A stretch of DNA of 64,000 bases from Candidatus Latescibacterota bacterium (GTDB taxonomy: Bacteria; Latescibacterota; UBA2968; UBA8231). Of the stretch, positions 55,732-63,486 are shown piece after piece (positions within the stretch are counted from its first letter, which is position 1; each line of letters opens with the position of its first letter). Under the pieces are notes generated by a model. That model was not told the origin of the DNA and ran no database searches. It saw only the letters and a program-made list of their open reading frames with translations. The DNA lies in NCBI GenBank assembly GCA_965242865.1, contig CBDETK010000013.1:864001-928000 (forward strand). Reading direction: 5' to 3'. The position numbers and the translations under genes are program-made.

Positions 55732-56637
55732 ATGCAGGGCCGCATCCTTAGAGTCTCTGGGCGGCAGTGCCTCGTCGAGGTTGAGCAGCGCGACTGGCAA
55801 TGCAAAATTAGGGGCCGGCTCAAGGCGGGAGCCCGCAAGACCCACTCCCCGGTCGTCGCCGGCGACTGGGTTGAGATTGTGCCGACGGCCGAGCGGACGG
55901 GCGTCATCGAAGCGGTGCATCCCCGGTCGTCCAAGTTCTCGCGCGGGGGCCGGGGGATGCGCCCGGTTGAGCAGATCCTCTTCGTCAATATGGAGCAATT
56001 GGTGGTCGTCGTGGCCGCTTGCCAGCCGAGGCCGCGGCGAGGTTTTATGGACCGAGCGCTTGTCATGGCCCTCCAGGGGAATCTCCAGCCCGTGATCTGC
56101 ATCAACAAAATCGACTTAGTCGCCCAAGAAGCCGTGGACGCCCTGACCGCGCCCTACGAAGCCTTGGGGTATCCAATCTATCGCACCAGCGCGGTACAGG
56201 GCACTGGAATGGGCGAGTTCAAAAAGGCCCTGAGCCAGCGCCGCACGGCCGTGGTCGGCCAATCCGGGGTCGGTAAATCGACCTTGCTCAACGGCGTTGA
56301 ACGCGGGTTGGGCCTCAAGACTAAGGAGATAATGAAACGCCGCGATCGCGGCCGGCACACCACCGCGGCCGTGCATCTGTTCAAGTTGCGCGCCGGCGGC
56401 TATGTGGCCGATACCCCTGGGGTTGACGCGCTCCGCTTATGGGGGATAAAACCGGCCGAGCTCGCGGCGTATTACCCCGAGCTCGACCCATTGCGCGGCC
56501 AGTGTCAATTCGGCGATTGCAGTCACGTGCGCGAATCCGGTTGCGCGGTGCAGGCGGCCGTAGCGGCTGGCCGGGTGGCCGCGGCGCGCTACGAAGGCTA
56601 CCGGCGCATTTTCGCCAGCTTGAGCCGCGATGAGTGA
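55732..56637 (+). CDS. rsgA: Ribosome small subunit-dependent GTPase A
   Basis: NKID, GQSGVGKS, GRHTT, DTPG, CQFGDCSH..ESGC. Confidence 0.95.
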   Translation: MQGRILRVSGRQCLVEVEQRDWQCKIRGRLKAGARKTHSPVVAGDWVEIVPTAERTGVIEAVHPRSSKFSRGGRGMRPVEQILFVNMEQLVVVVAACQPRPRRGFMDRALVMALQGNLQPVICINKIDLVAQEAVDALTAPYEALGYPIYRTSAVQGTGMGEFKKALSQRRTAVVGQSGVGKSTLLNGVERGLGLKTKEIMKRRDRGRHTTAAVHLFKLRAGGYVADTPGVDALRLWGIKPAELAAYYPELDPLRGQCQFGDCSHVRESGCAVQAAVAAGRVAAARYEGYRRIFASLSRDE

Positions 56638-57577
56638 ACTATCCATCGAGGAGTTGCTCGCCACCTACGGGCCACAGCTGCGACTCGAGCTCATCGCCGG
56701 GGCCGAGGGGTTGCAGCGGACCATCAACAACAGCGACATCCATCGCCCCGGCTTGGCTCTGACGGGCTTTGTCGAGTTGTTTACCTTGGATCAAGTGCAA
56801 CTGTTGGGCAATACCGAAGTGGAGTACCTGCGCAGCTTATCCCCACAGCGGCGGCGGCAAGCCCTCAAAATCATCTATCAATTCGACATTCCATGCGTGG
56901 TCTTGACCGGGCGGGGGCGCATGCACTCTGAGCTGCGGGCACTTGCCGACGAGTGCGCGGTCCCGCTGCTCAAGTCCGAATTCAGCACGGCCGAGCTGAC
57001 CCACCTGATCCGCTTTTATCTCGACGAAGTGTTCGCACCCCAAGTGTCCGTGCATGGGACGCTGGTCGATGTCTCCGGGGTAGGGCTGCTCTTTCGCGGT
57101 CGCAGCGGCATTGGCAAAAGCGAGGTCGCCTTGGATTTGGTCGAGCGCGGGCATCGGTTGGTGGCCGACGACGTGGTCATCATCAACCGCAAGCCCCAAG
57201 GCATTTTGGTGGGGCGCAGCTCGGCAATGCTCCAAGATCACATTGAAATTCGCGGCATTGGCATCCTAGACGTAAAAAAGATGTTTGGCGCGTGGCGAAC
57301 TCGGCGGCAGAAGCGGGTGGAGATATTGGTCAACCTCGTTGATTGGGACGAAAAATACGCGTACGAACGCCTCGGCCTCGAAGACAATAAGGTGGTAATC
57401 CTCGGCGTTGAGGTGCCCGAGGTCTTCATCCCGCTGTTTCCCGGCAAAAACATCACGGTACTCGCCGAGACCATCGCGATAGATTATCTCTTGCGCTTGG
57501 ACGGGGGGTACGCGGCCCGGACCTTTAGCCAGCGGCTCCAAGAGCGCATTAGGGGGAGGGGGGACGAAAAGCCATGA
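56630..57577 (+). CDS. hprK: HPr kinase/phosphorylase
   Basis: HRPGLALTG, HGTLVDV, GRSGIGKSE, LVADD, IEIRGIG. Confidence 0.95.
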   Translation: MSELSIEELLATYGPQLRLELIAGAEGLQRTINNSDIHRPGLALTGFVELFTLDQVQLLGNTEVEYLRSLSPQRRRQALKIIYQFDIPCVVLTGRGRMHSELRALADECAVPLLKSEFSTAELTHLIRFYLDEVFAPQVSVHGTLVDVSGVGLLFRGRSGIGKSEVALDLVERGHRLVADDVVIINRKPQGILVGRSSAMLQDHIEIRGIGILDVKKMFGAWRTRRQKRVEILVNLVDWDEKYAYERLGLEDNKVVILGVEVPEVFIPLFPGKNITVLAETIAIDYLLRLDGGYAARTFSQRLQERIRGRGDEKP

Positions 57578-58458
57578 TGACGCTCGGCGTGGCCGGCCAT
57601 GCCCGCGAGGTGGCGGTCCATCGGCAGGCTCTGCGGGGTTGCCGCGAGATTCGACTGGTGTATCGCGCCGATTGCGCCGCGGTCTTACGCGAAAAAATAG
57701 ATGGGCTGGTGTTGTTGCACGTAGAGGACAAGGCGCATTGGCTCGACGCGGCCAGCGCGGCCGGTCTCCACGTCATGGCGACCCATCCCGTCCAAGAGGT
57801 GAACCATCCGTCCAAGGTCTGCGTGCTGTCGCTGGGGAGGCACACGCGCTTTGGCTCGGCGTTGGCCCGACCGGGCGTGGCGCATTACTCGTTGGAGCTT
57901 TCTTTTACGTCGGCTTCCTTTGAGCGCGTGGACCGCGAGGCGATTTGCAATCAAGCGGCCTTGGATATGTGCGACCTGCTGTTGGGTGCTTGGGGGCCGG
58001 TCGATGTGCTGTACAGCAGGATGCGCAACTTCTTTCATCCCGGTCGCGTGGAGGACGCGTCGGTCGCGCTGCTGAGAATGCACAATGGCGTCGAAGGTTC
58101 GGTCGCGCTCTTCGACGTGGCGGGGGGGACCCCGACCTTGCGGATTCGGTTGTACGCAGCCGACGAGGTCGTGGATGCGTCTTGGCCTTGGGCATGGGCC
58201 GCAGACGATTTGGCGGCGTACTATCGCAATTTCGTCGCTTGTATCCAAGGGCGGGCCCAGCCCCTGTTGGGATTGGGGCAGGTCGCCGAAAGCTATCGGC
58301 TCTTGGCATGGCTGCGCGCCTCGGCGCGACAAGATGCGATAATGTCTTATAAAGATTTTTATGTAAATAAAAAAACAAAAGACAAAAACCATCATCATTC
58401 AGAACTGGATTCCCGCGTTCGTGGGAATGACGACTGTATGCAAAAACAGGGCCGATGA
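57574..58458 (+). CDS. Divergent Gfo/Idh/MocA-like oxidoreductase; C-terminus extended by repeat-derived sequence
   Basis: AGLHVM, VEDASVALLRMHNGVEG, FVACIQG resemble the family; canonical GxG and EKP motifs lost. Confidence 0.55.
   Translation: MMTLGVAGHAREVAVHRQALRGCREIRLVYRADCAAVLREKIDGLVLLHVEDKAHWLDAASAAGLHVMATHPVQEVNHPSKVCVLSLGRHTRFGSALARPGVAHYSLELSFTSASFERVDREAICNQAALDMCDLLLGAWGPVDVLYSRMRNFFHPGRVEDASVALLRMHNGVEGSVALFDVAGGTPTLRIRLYAADEVVDASWPWAWAADDLAAYYRNFVACIQGRAQPLLGLGQVAESYRLLAWLRASARQDAIMSYKDFYVNKKTKDKNHHHSELDSRVRGNDDCMQKQGR
58349..58431. repeat. Composite AT-rich motif plus CGTC-type REP, read through in frame
   Basis: ataaagatttttatgtaaataaaa...ctggattcccgcgttcgtgggaatgac. Confidence 0.8.
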
Positions 58459-58482
58459 ACATTCCATTAGGACAGCTATATA

Positions 58483-59016
58483 ATGTATAAGTCATCGTCA
58501 TCCGCCGCGCCTCCCACGTACTTCGCGCTTGGGTTAGCGTCTTTCTTGTTGGCGATTGTGTTGCTGTTCAACCTGCTCAGTCCTATGACCGTGCCGGTTA
58601 CCAAGGAGCAGTTTGAGCAGATTAGAGAGGCCGACCTGATTGAGTATCTAATCGTGCAACCCCGGGGATTTGCTTGGCAGCTCAAACGGGCCGTGCGCGT
58701 CCAAGGGACCAACGGCCCGACTCAGGCCCAGCGGATCGCGCTCGCCGAGCCGGACTCAACGATGGCCGAAAATTGGCAACAAAAGGGGGGTGCGGTGCGG
58801 CAAGAGCGCGATGTTTCGCAGTGGGGGGGGATGATCTTCATGGCCTTGTTGCTCGGCGTGGGGGGGTGGCATATCTGGTCCCAAATACGGCTCGATCTCA
58901 AAGGGGGAGGGGGGCCTCGCCGTCGCTTGCGCGACCTAGAAACCGCGCTCAAACAAGGCAAAATTACCCAAGCCGAATTCCGGCAGCAGGCCGAGCGGCT
59001 GTGGGCCGAATTGTGA
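58483..59016 (+). CDS. Two-TM membrane protein with C-terminal SHOCT-like helix
   Basis: TM-loop-TM, then LRDLETALKQGKITQAEF. Confidence 0.65.
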   Translation: MYKSSSSAAPPTYFALGLASFLLAIVLLFNLLSPMTVPVTKEQFEQIREADLIEYLIVQPRGFAWQLKRAVRVQGTNGPTQAQRIALAEPDSTMAENWQQKGGAVRQERDVSQWGGMIFMALLLGVGGWHIWSQIRLDLKGGGGPRRRLRDLETALKQGKITQAEFRQQAERLWAEL

Positions 59017-59030
59017 GGAGCTATGGCGAG
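59010..59030 (+). repeat. 21-bp direct repeat, left copy (mutL RBS and first codons)
   Basis: attgtgaggagctatggcgag, identical to 60268-60288. Confidence 0.93.
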
Positions 59031-59136
59031 AGGTGGGGACGCTTCCAAGGCTGGAGGGCAGGACGCCCTCCAGCCCGGATGCATTGCAAACAACACGTAG
59101 GTCTGTGTGCTATCGGCGTCGGGGACGCCATCCCCG

Positions 59137-60108
59137 TTACTGTCTGTCGGGCAGGTCAGGGTTGGGTGGGACTGGCTTTGACGCTACGACGCGCCTTGAG
59201 CCAGGTCTTGCTCTCAAGGAGTCGATTGCGGCTCTTGATGCTTCGGAGAGGGGACAACCAGAAATCGATATAAGTTTCAAGTTGGGCAGCTTGCCCGGCA
59301 GGCCGAAGTCACTCAAATCCGAAACCGCGCACGACCTGTTACCTTTGCTATGCATCCTCAGCGTATCCAAGTTGGTCAAATTTGCCAACGGATTCACATT
59401 CGTAAGAAGGGGGTTGCCCATCAGCCTCAGGTGTCGCAAGTTGGTCAAATTTGCCAACGGATTCACATCCGCAAGAAGGTCGTTGTTGGTCAGCCTCAGG
59501 TGTCGCAAGTTGGTCAAACTGTCCAATGGACTCAAGTCCATAAGAAGGTCGTTGGCATCCAGATACAGGTGTCGCAAGTTGGTCAAACTTCTCAATGGAC
59601 TCAAGTCCGTAAGAAGGTCGTTGTCGCCCAGCCGCAGCCACTTCAAGTTGGTCAAACTGGCCAACGGAGTCACATCCGTAAGAAGGGGATTGCTGCTCAG
59701 AGCCAGCGAGTCCAAGTTGGTCAGACGGGCTAACGGAGTCATATCCGAAATCGCGTTGTCGTTCAGATTCAGGAATCGCAAGTTGGTCAAGTGTTCAAGG
59801 CCTTCCAAACGCTGAATGTTTTTACTGCTCGCGTCGAGCTTTGTCAGGAGAGCCAGATCATTTGCGGTAAGGGGCGTCACGTGCGCCAAGTTGGGGGGGA
59901 TGTCCAACAAGGGGTCCAGTGTCTTCCGCACCGCACGCTCCAGATTGGGGTCGATGAAAGGCGAAACTGGGCAGGATGTGCTTGTACTCAGGTGGGCTTT
60001 GCCGGCCGGATGGGGGGCAACCGGCGCGGAGTCGGCGCATCCCATCCAAGTGGCGATGAGGGCCAACAGGGCGAATCCCAGCAGGGTTTTTAGGGGGGTC
60101 AACAACAT
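59137..60108 (-). CDS. Internalin-like LRR lipoprotein A
   Basis: WMGC lipobox, FIDPNLERAVR cap, mostly 23-aa LRRs (caagttggtcaaa recurring at about 69-bp period). Confidence 0.88.
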   Translation of the reverse strand: MLLTPLKTLLGFALLALIATWMGCADSAPVAPHPAGKAHLSTSTSCPVSPFIDPNLERAVRKTLDPLLDIPPNLAHVTPLTANDLALLTKLDASSKNIQRLEGLEHLTNLRFLNLNDNAISDMTPLARLTNLDSLALSSNPLLTDVTPLASLTNLKWLRLGDNDLLTDLSPLRSLTNLRHLYLDANDLLMDLSPLDSLTNLRHLRLTNNDLLADVNPLANLTNLRHLRLMGNPLLTNVNPLANLTNLDTLRMHSKGNRSCAVSDLSDFGLPGKLPNLKLISISGCPLSEASRAAIDSLRARPGSRRVVASKPVPPNPDLPDRQ

Positions 60109-60206
60109 TTTTCCTCTCCTTTCCTTTATCTGGTATGGAGGTTAGGAGGGGGCTAGTCCTAGGAAACGCCCCTCCTTATTTGGTTTATAGGCCGTAGTAT
60201 CTCCAC

Positions 60207-60223
60207 TGCCCGTTATCATTAGT
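60207..60223 (-). promoter_or_regulatory. Degenerate recombination half-site A (spacer plus one arm)
   Basis: tgcccgttatcattagt; 15/17 match to the reverse complement of 63346-63362. Confidence 0.6.
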
Positions 60224-60267
60224 TACTTGAAGGGGGTTAGGCGAGGTCTGGTGGTCTTTGATTCTAT

Positions 60268-60288
60268 ATTGTGAGGAGCTATGGCGAG
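60268..60288 (+). repeat. 21-bp direct repeat, right copy
   Basis: attgtgaggagctatggcgag containing mutL ATG 60281. Confidence 0.93.
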
Positions 60289-62035
60289 TATTATTCGCGT
60301 TCTCGACGAAAATCTGGTTGGAAAAATCGCCGCTGGTGAAGTCGTGGAACGGCCGGCCTCGGTCGTGAAGGAATTGGTCGAAAACTCAATTGATGCGGGG
60401 GCTACAAAAATCCGCGTGGAGATCAAGGCCGGCGGCAAGCAGTTGATTGCGGTGACCGACGATGGCTCGGGCATGACCCGGGAGGATATCGCCTTGTGTG
60501 TGCGCCGGCATGCCACGAGCAAGATGGCCTCGGCGGCCGACCTGTTCTGCATTCAGACGCTGGGCTTTCGCGGCGAAGCCCTAGCCAGCATTGGTGCGGT
60601 CGCTCAGTTGGCCATTGAATCGCGCACCCCGCAAGACGAGGTGGGGACGCGCTTGGTCGTGGAAGGAGGGATAGAGCGCGAGATGCACAGCATGGGACGG
60701 GCGCACGGCACGACCATTGTGGTAAAGAACCTGTTTTTTAATACGCCGGCGCGGCGCAAATTCCTCCGGTCCATCAATGCGGAAGCCCGCCACGTGGCCC
60801 AGACCGTCATCCACTTAGCGGCTGGCTACCCGGCCCTTGGCTTTGAACTAGCACACCAAGACCGCCCGGTCTTGAACTACGCCCCGGCCTCTCGGCGAGC
60901 GCGGGCGGCCGAGTTGCTGGGCTTTCCAGCCGCCGAACTGTTGGAGTTGGCGCACGAGGAGGAGGGTCTCAAAATCGAAGGGGTCTTGGCCGGTCCCGAG
61001 CGCTGCGGCCCCAGCAAGGGCAAGCAATATCTCATTGTACAGGGACGGCCCATTGCTTCGCGGCTGATGACCCGTGCGGTACAGCGGTGTTTTGAGGGCC
61101 TGCTGCCCGAAGGACACCATCCGGTATTCATGCTCTGGATCGATATGGATCCCAAGAAAATCGACGTCAATGTCCACCCGACCAAGCGGGAGATTCGCTT
61201 GGCCAACGAGGGGCAGGTCGTCGCGGCCATTGAAACTAGCGTCCGGCACAGCTTGCGCCTGCCCGAGGTGCAATCCTTTGTCTATGCTCCTCCGCGCTCC
61301 AGCGAGACCGGCCGCGATGAGGGCAGCGAGCCGGTCGCGGTCCGCGTGGGCGAGCCAGCGTCACCAGTGCTGCACACCCTGCCCGCGTCCGGCCCCCCGG
61401 AGGCAACTGCCGGCGACCAACTCGCGATGACCTTTGTCGCCCCGGGCGAGGCCAAAGTCGCTGTCGCCGCAGACGCTGCGATGTGGCAGGTTCACAATCA
61501 GTACATCCTCGTCGAGGTGGCCGATGGCTTGCTTTTTGTCGATCAGCAGGCCGCGCACGAGCGCATCCACTACGACCGGGCCATGGCGCAGCTCGATGGC
61601 GCGACCGGGGAAAGCCAGCAGTTGCTCTTTCCCATCCAGCTAGAAATGGGGGCCGCGGATTTCGAGGTCTTCAACCAAGTGCGGGATGACATTGCCAAGC
61701 TGGGCTTTGTCGTGCGGGACTTTGGGGCGCGGACGGTGTTGGTGGAAGCTGTTCCTGCGGCCTTGGATCGCTTTGGCGAGGGCGACGCTTTTTATCAGCT
61801 CTTGAACGACGTGCGCGATGGCCAGCATTCGGGGCACGCTTGGCGCGAAGCCCTCGTCTTAGCTTATGCGCGCAAGGCGAGTATCGAGAAGGGGCAACGC
61901 CTGAATGCCGAGGCGCAGGCGCATTTGATCAGGGCACTGCTCCAAGTGGAGCGGCCGCACGTAAGCCCGACGGACAAGCCGATTATGGCGCGGATGAAGT
62001 TGAGCGATATGGAGCGGCTGCTACGGAAGTTCTAA
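60281..62035 (+). CDS. mutL: DNA mismatch repair protein MutL
   Basis: IAAGEVVERPASVVKELVENSIDAGA, TLGFRGEAL, DVNVHPTK, DQQAAHERI. Confidence 0.97.
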   Translation: MASIIRVLDENLVGKIAAGEVVERPASVVKELVENSIDAGATKIRVEIKAGGKQLIAVTDDGSGMTREDIALCVRRHATSKMASAADLFCIQTLGFRGEALASIGAVAQLAIESRTPQDEVGTRLVVEGGIEREMHSMGRAHGTTIVVKNLFFNTPARRKFLRSINAEARHVAQTVIHLAAGYPALGFELAHQDRPVLNYAPASRRARAAELLGFPAAELLELAHEEEGLKIEGVLAGPERCGPSKGKQYLIVQGRPIASRLMTRAVQRCFEGLLPEGHHPVFMLWIDMDPKKIDVNVHPTKREIRLANEGQVVAAIETSVRHSLRLPEVQSFVYAPPRSSETGRDEGSEPVAVRVGEPASPVLHTLPASGPPEATAGDQLAMTFVAPGEAKVAVAADAAMWQVHNQYILVEVADGLLFVDQQAAHERIHYDRAMAQLDGATGESQQLLFPIQLEMGAADFEVFNQVRDDIAKLGFVVRDFGARTVLVEAVPAALDRFGEGDAFYQLLNDVRDGQHSGHAWREALVLAYARKASIEKGQRLNAEAQAHLIRALLQVERPHVSPTDKPIMARMKLSDMERLLRKF

Positions 62036-62169
62036 AGCTGAGCGCAGATCGGCTATCGGCTTACTACACGACACCAGCGACCCGCCGGAGGGTAGGACGC
62101 CCTCCAGCGGGAGCATTGGAACAACACACGTAGGTCTATGTGCTATCGGCGTCGGGGACGCCGTCCCCG

Positions 62170-63111
62170 TTACTGTCTGTCGGGCAGGTCAGGGTCAGGT
62201 GGGACTGGCTTTGACGCTACGACGCGCCTTGCGCCAGGTCTTGCTTCCAAGGCACGGATTGCGGCTCTTGATGCTTCGGAGAGGGGACAACCAGAAATCG
62301 ATATAAGTTTCAAGCTGGGCAGCTTGCCCGGCAGGCCGAAGTCACTCAAATCCGAAACCTTGCACTCGGAGCTATGCATCTTCAGCGTATCCAAGTTGGC
62401 CAGATTGGCCAATGAATTCACATTCGTAAGATCGGGGTTGCCAGACAGCCTCAGATATTGCAAGTTGGTCAAACTGGCCAGCGGAGTCACATCCGAAATC
62501 GAGTTTGCGCCCAATGTCAACCTTTGCAAGTTGGTCAAACTGGCCAGCGGAGTCACATCCGAAATCGAGTTTACGTTCAGCCTCAGGACTCGCAAGTTGG
62601 TTAAACTTCTCAACGGACTTACATCCGAAATCGAGTTCACGGCCAGCCACAGAGAGTCCAAATTCGTAGCGTGTTGGAGGCCGTCCAAGCTCCCAATGTT
62701 TTTATTTTTTGCGTTGAGCACGGTCAGGGTAGCCAGATCCGTCACTCTAAGGGGCGGCACGGTAGGGTCCGTCAAGCTGCTGGTGGGGTCCCCCCCCACC
62801 TGGGCCCCTAGTGCTGTCCGCACCGCACGCTCCAGACTGGAGTCGGCGAACGTAACGTAGGTCGGTGTGCTATCGGCGTCGGGGATGCCGTCCCCGTCCG
62901 AATCGGTGGCGGTCTGGGTACTGTCGGCGTCGGGTATGCCGTCCCCATCAGAATCGGCGGCAGTCTGGGTGCTGTCTGGACAGGTCAGGGTCAGGTGGGC
63001 TTTGCCGGCCGGATGGGGGGCAACCGGCGCGGAGTCGGCGCATCCCATCCAAGCGGCGATGAATCCCAACAGGGCGAAGCCGAGCAGGGTTTTTATGGGG
63101 TTCAACATCAT
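62170..63111 (-). CDS. Internalin-like LRR lipoprotein B
   Basis: WMGC lipobox, 2x DSDGDGIPDADST, FADSSLERAVR cap, 22-aa LRRs; C-terminus nearly identical to LRR A. Confidence 0.88.
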   Translation of the reverse strand: MMLNPIKTLLGFALLGFIAAWMGCADSAPVAPHPAGKAHLTLTCPDSTQTAADSDGDGIPDADSTQTATDSDGDGIPDADSTPTYVTFADSSLERAVRTALGAQVGGDPTSSLTDPTVPPLRVTDLATLTVLNAKNKNIGSLDGLQHATNLDSLWLAVNSISDVSPLRSLTNLRVLRLNVNSISDVTPLASLTNLQRLTLGANSISDVTPLASLTNLQYLRLSGNPDLTNVNSLANLANLDTLKMHSSECKVSDLSDFGLPGKLPSLKLISISGCPLSEASRAAIRALEARPGARRVVASKPVPPDPDLPDRQ

Positions 63112-63156
63112 TTTTTCTCTCCTCCTTATTTGGTTTATAGGCCGTGGTATCTCCAC

Positions 63157-63173
63157 TGCCCGTTATCGGTAGT
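63157..63173 (-). promoter_or_regulatory. Recombination half-site B (spacer plus one arm), inverted relative to the full site
   Basis: tgcccgttatcggtagt is the exact reverse complement of 63346-63362. Confidence 0.75.
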
Positions 63174-63320
63174 TACTTGAAGGGGTGAATAGTGGAGGCG
63201 AGGTCTGGTGGGCTTTGATTCCGGTCTGGTAGTCTCTGATTCCATCAGACCGGAAAGCATCCTGCAGTTAATCAGCAATTGGACGTTCAGTCTTTTTATG
63301 AGAGAACTGAAATTTCGTCC

Positions 63321-63348
63321 TTGACTTTTATTTTTTACAACCTATACT
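63321..63348 (+). promoter_or_regulatory. Sigma70-like promoter facing the recombinase
   Basis: TTGACT-16 bp-TATACT; the -10 overlaps the left arm of the palindrome. Confidence 0.6.
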
Positions 63349-63376
63349 ACCGATAACGGGCATTATCGGTAGTATA
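63343..63376. promoter_or_regulatory. Putative tyrosine-recombinase core site (14-6-14 perfect palindrome)
   Basis: tatactaccgataa-cgggca-ttatcggtagtata, 110 bp upstream of the recombinase ATG. Confidence 0.75.
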
Positions 63377-63399
63377 AAAACTAGGCGAAGCCCTCGCAA
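63371..63399 (-). promoter_or_regulatory. Divergent sigma70-like promoter facing LRR B
   Basis: On the minus strand TTGCGA-17 bp-TATACT; the -10 is in the right arm. Confidence 0.5.
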
Positions 63400-63486
63400 A
63401 ACGCGGCGGCAAAATGCCGCGGTGTTCGCTATATTTATTTTATTCTTTAGCCACTGTTAAGAACATCGCGGATATTTATCCATTTA

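Noticed and set aside
59360-59800. Regularly spaced ~69-bp repeats suggesting a CRISPR array
   Set aside because: In-frame LRR coding repeats with similar rather than unique spacers; no cas genes in the window
59033-59815. Plus-strand repetitive ORF (and the similar one at 62138-62860)
   Set aside because: Antisense reading of LRR repeats; the minus strand has lipobox, cap and RBS
59137-62430. Diversity-generating retroelement TR/VR pair in the near-identical LRR 3' ends
   Set aside because: Differences are not adenine-specific and no reverse transcriptase is in the window
63221-63253. Hairpin within the putative invertible segment as an orientation-dependent terminator
   Set aside because: Stem present but no U-tract follows it on either strand
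63343-63376. Chromosomal dif site or integron attI/attC
   Set aside because: Arms are perfectly symmetric, unlike XerC/XerD dif, and no GTTRRRY-bounded cassette structure was seen; an element-specific site fits better
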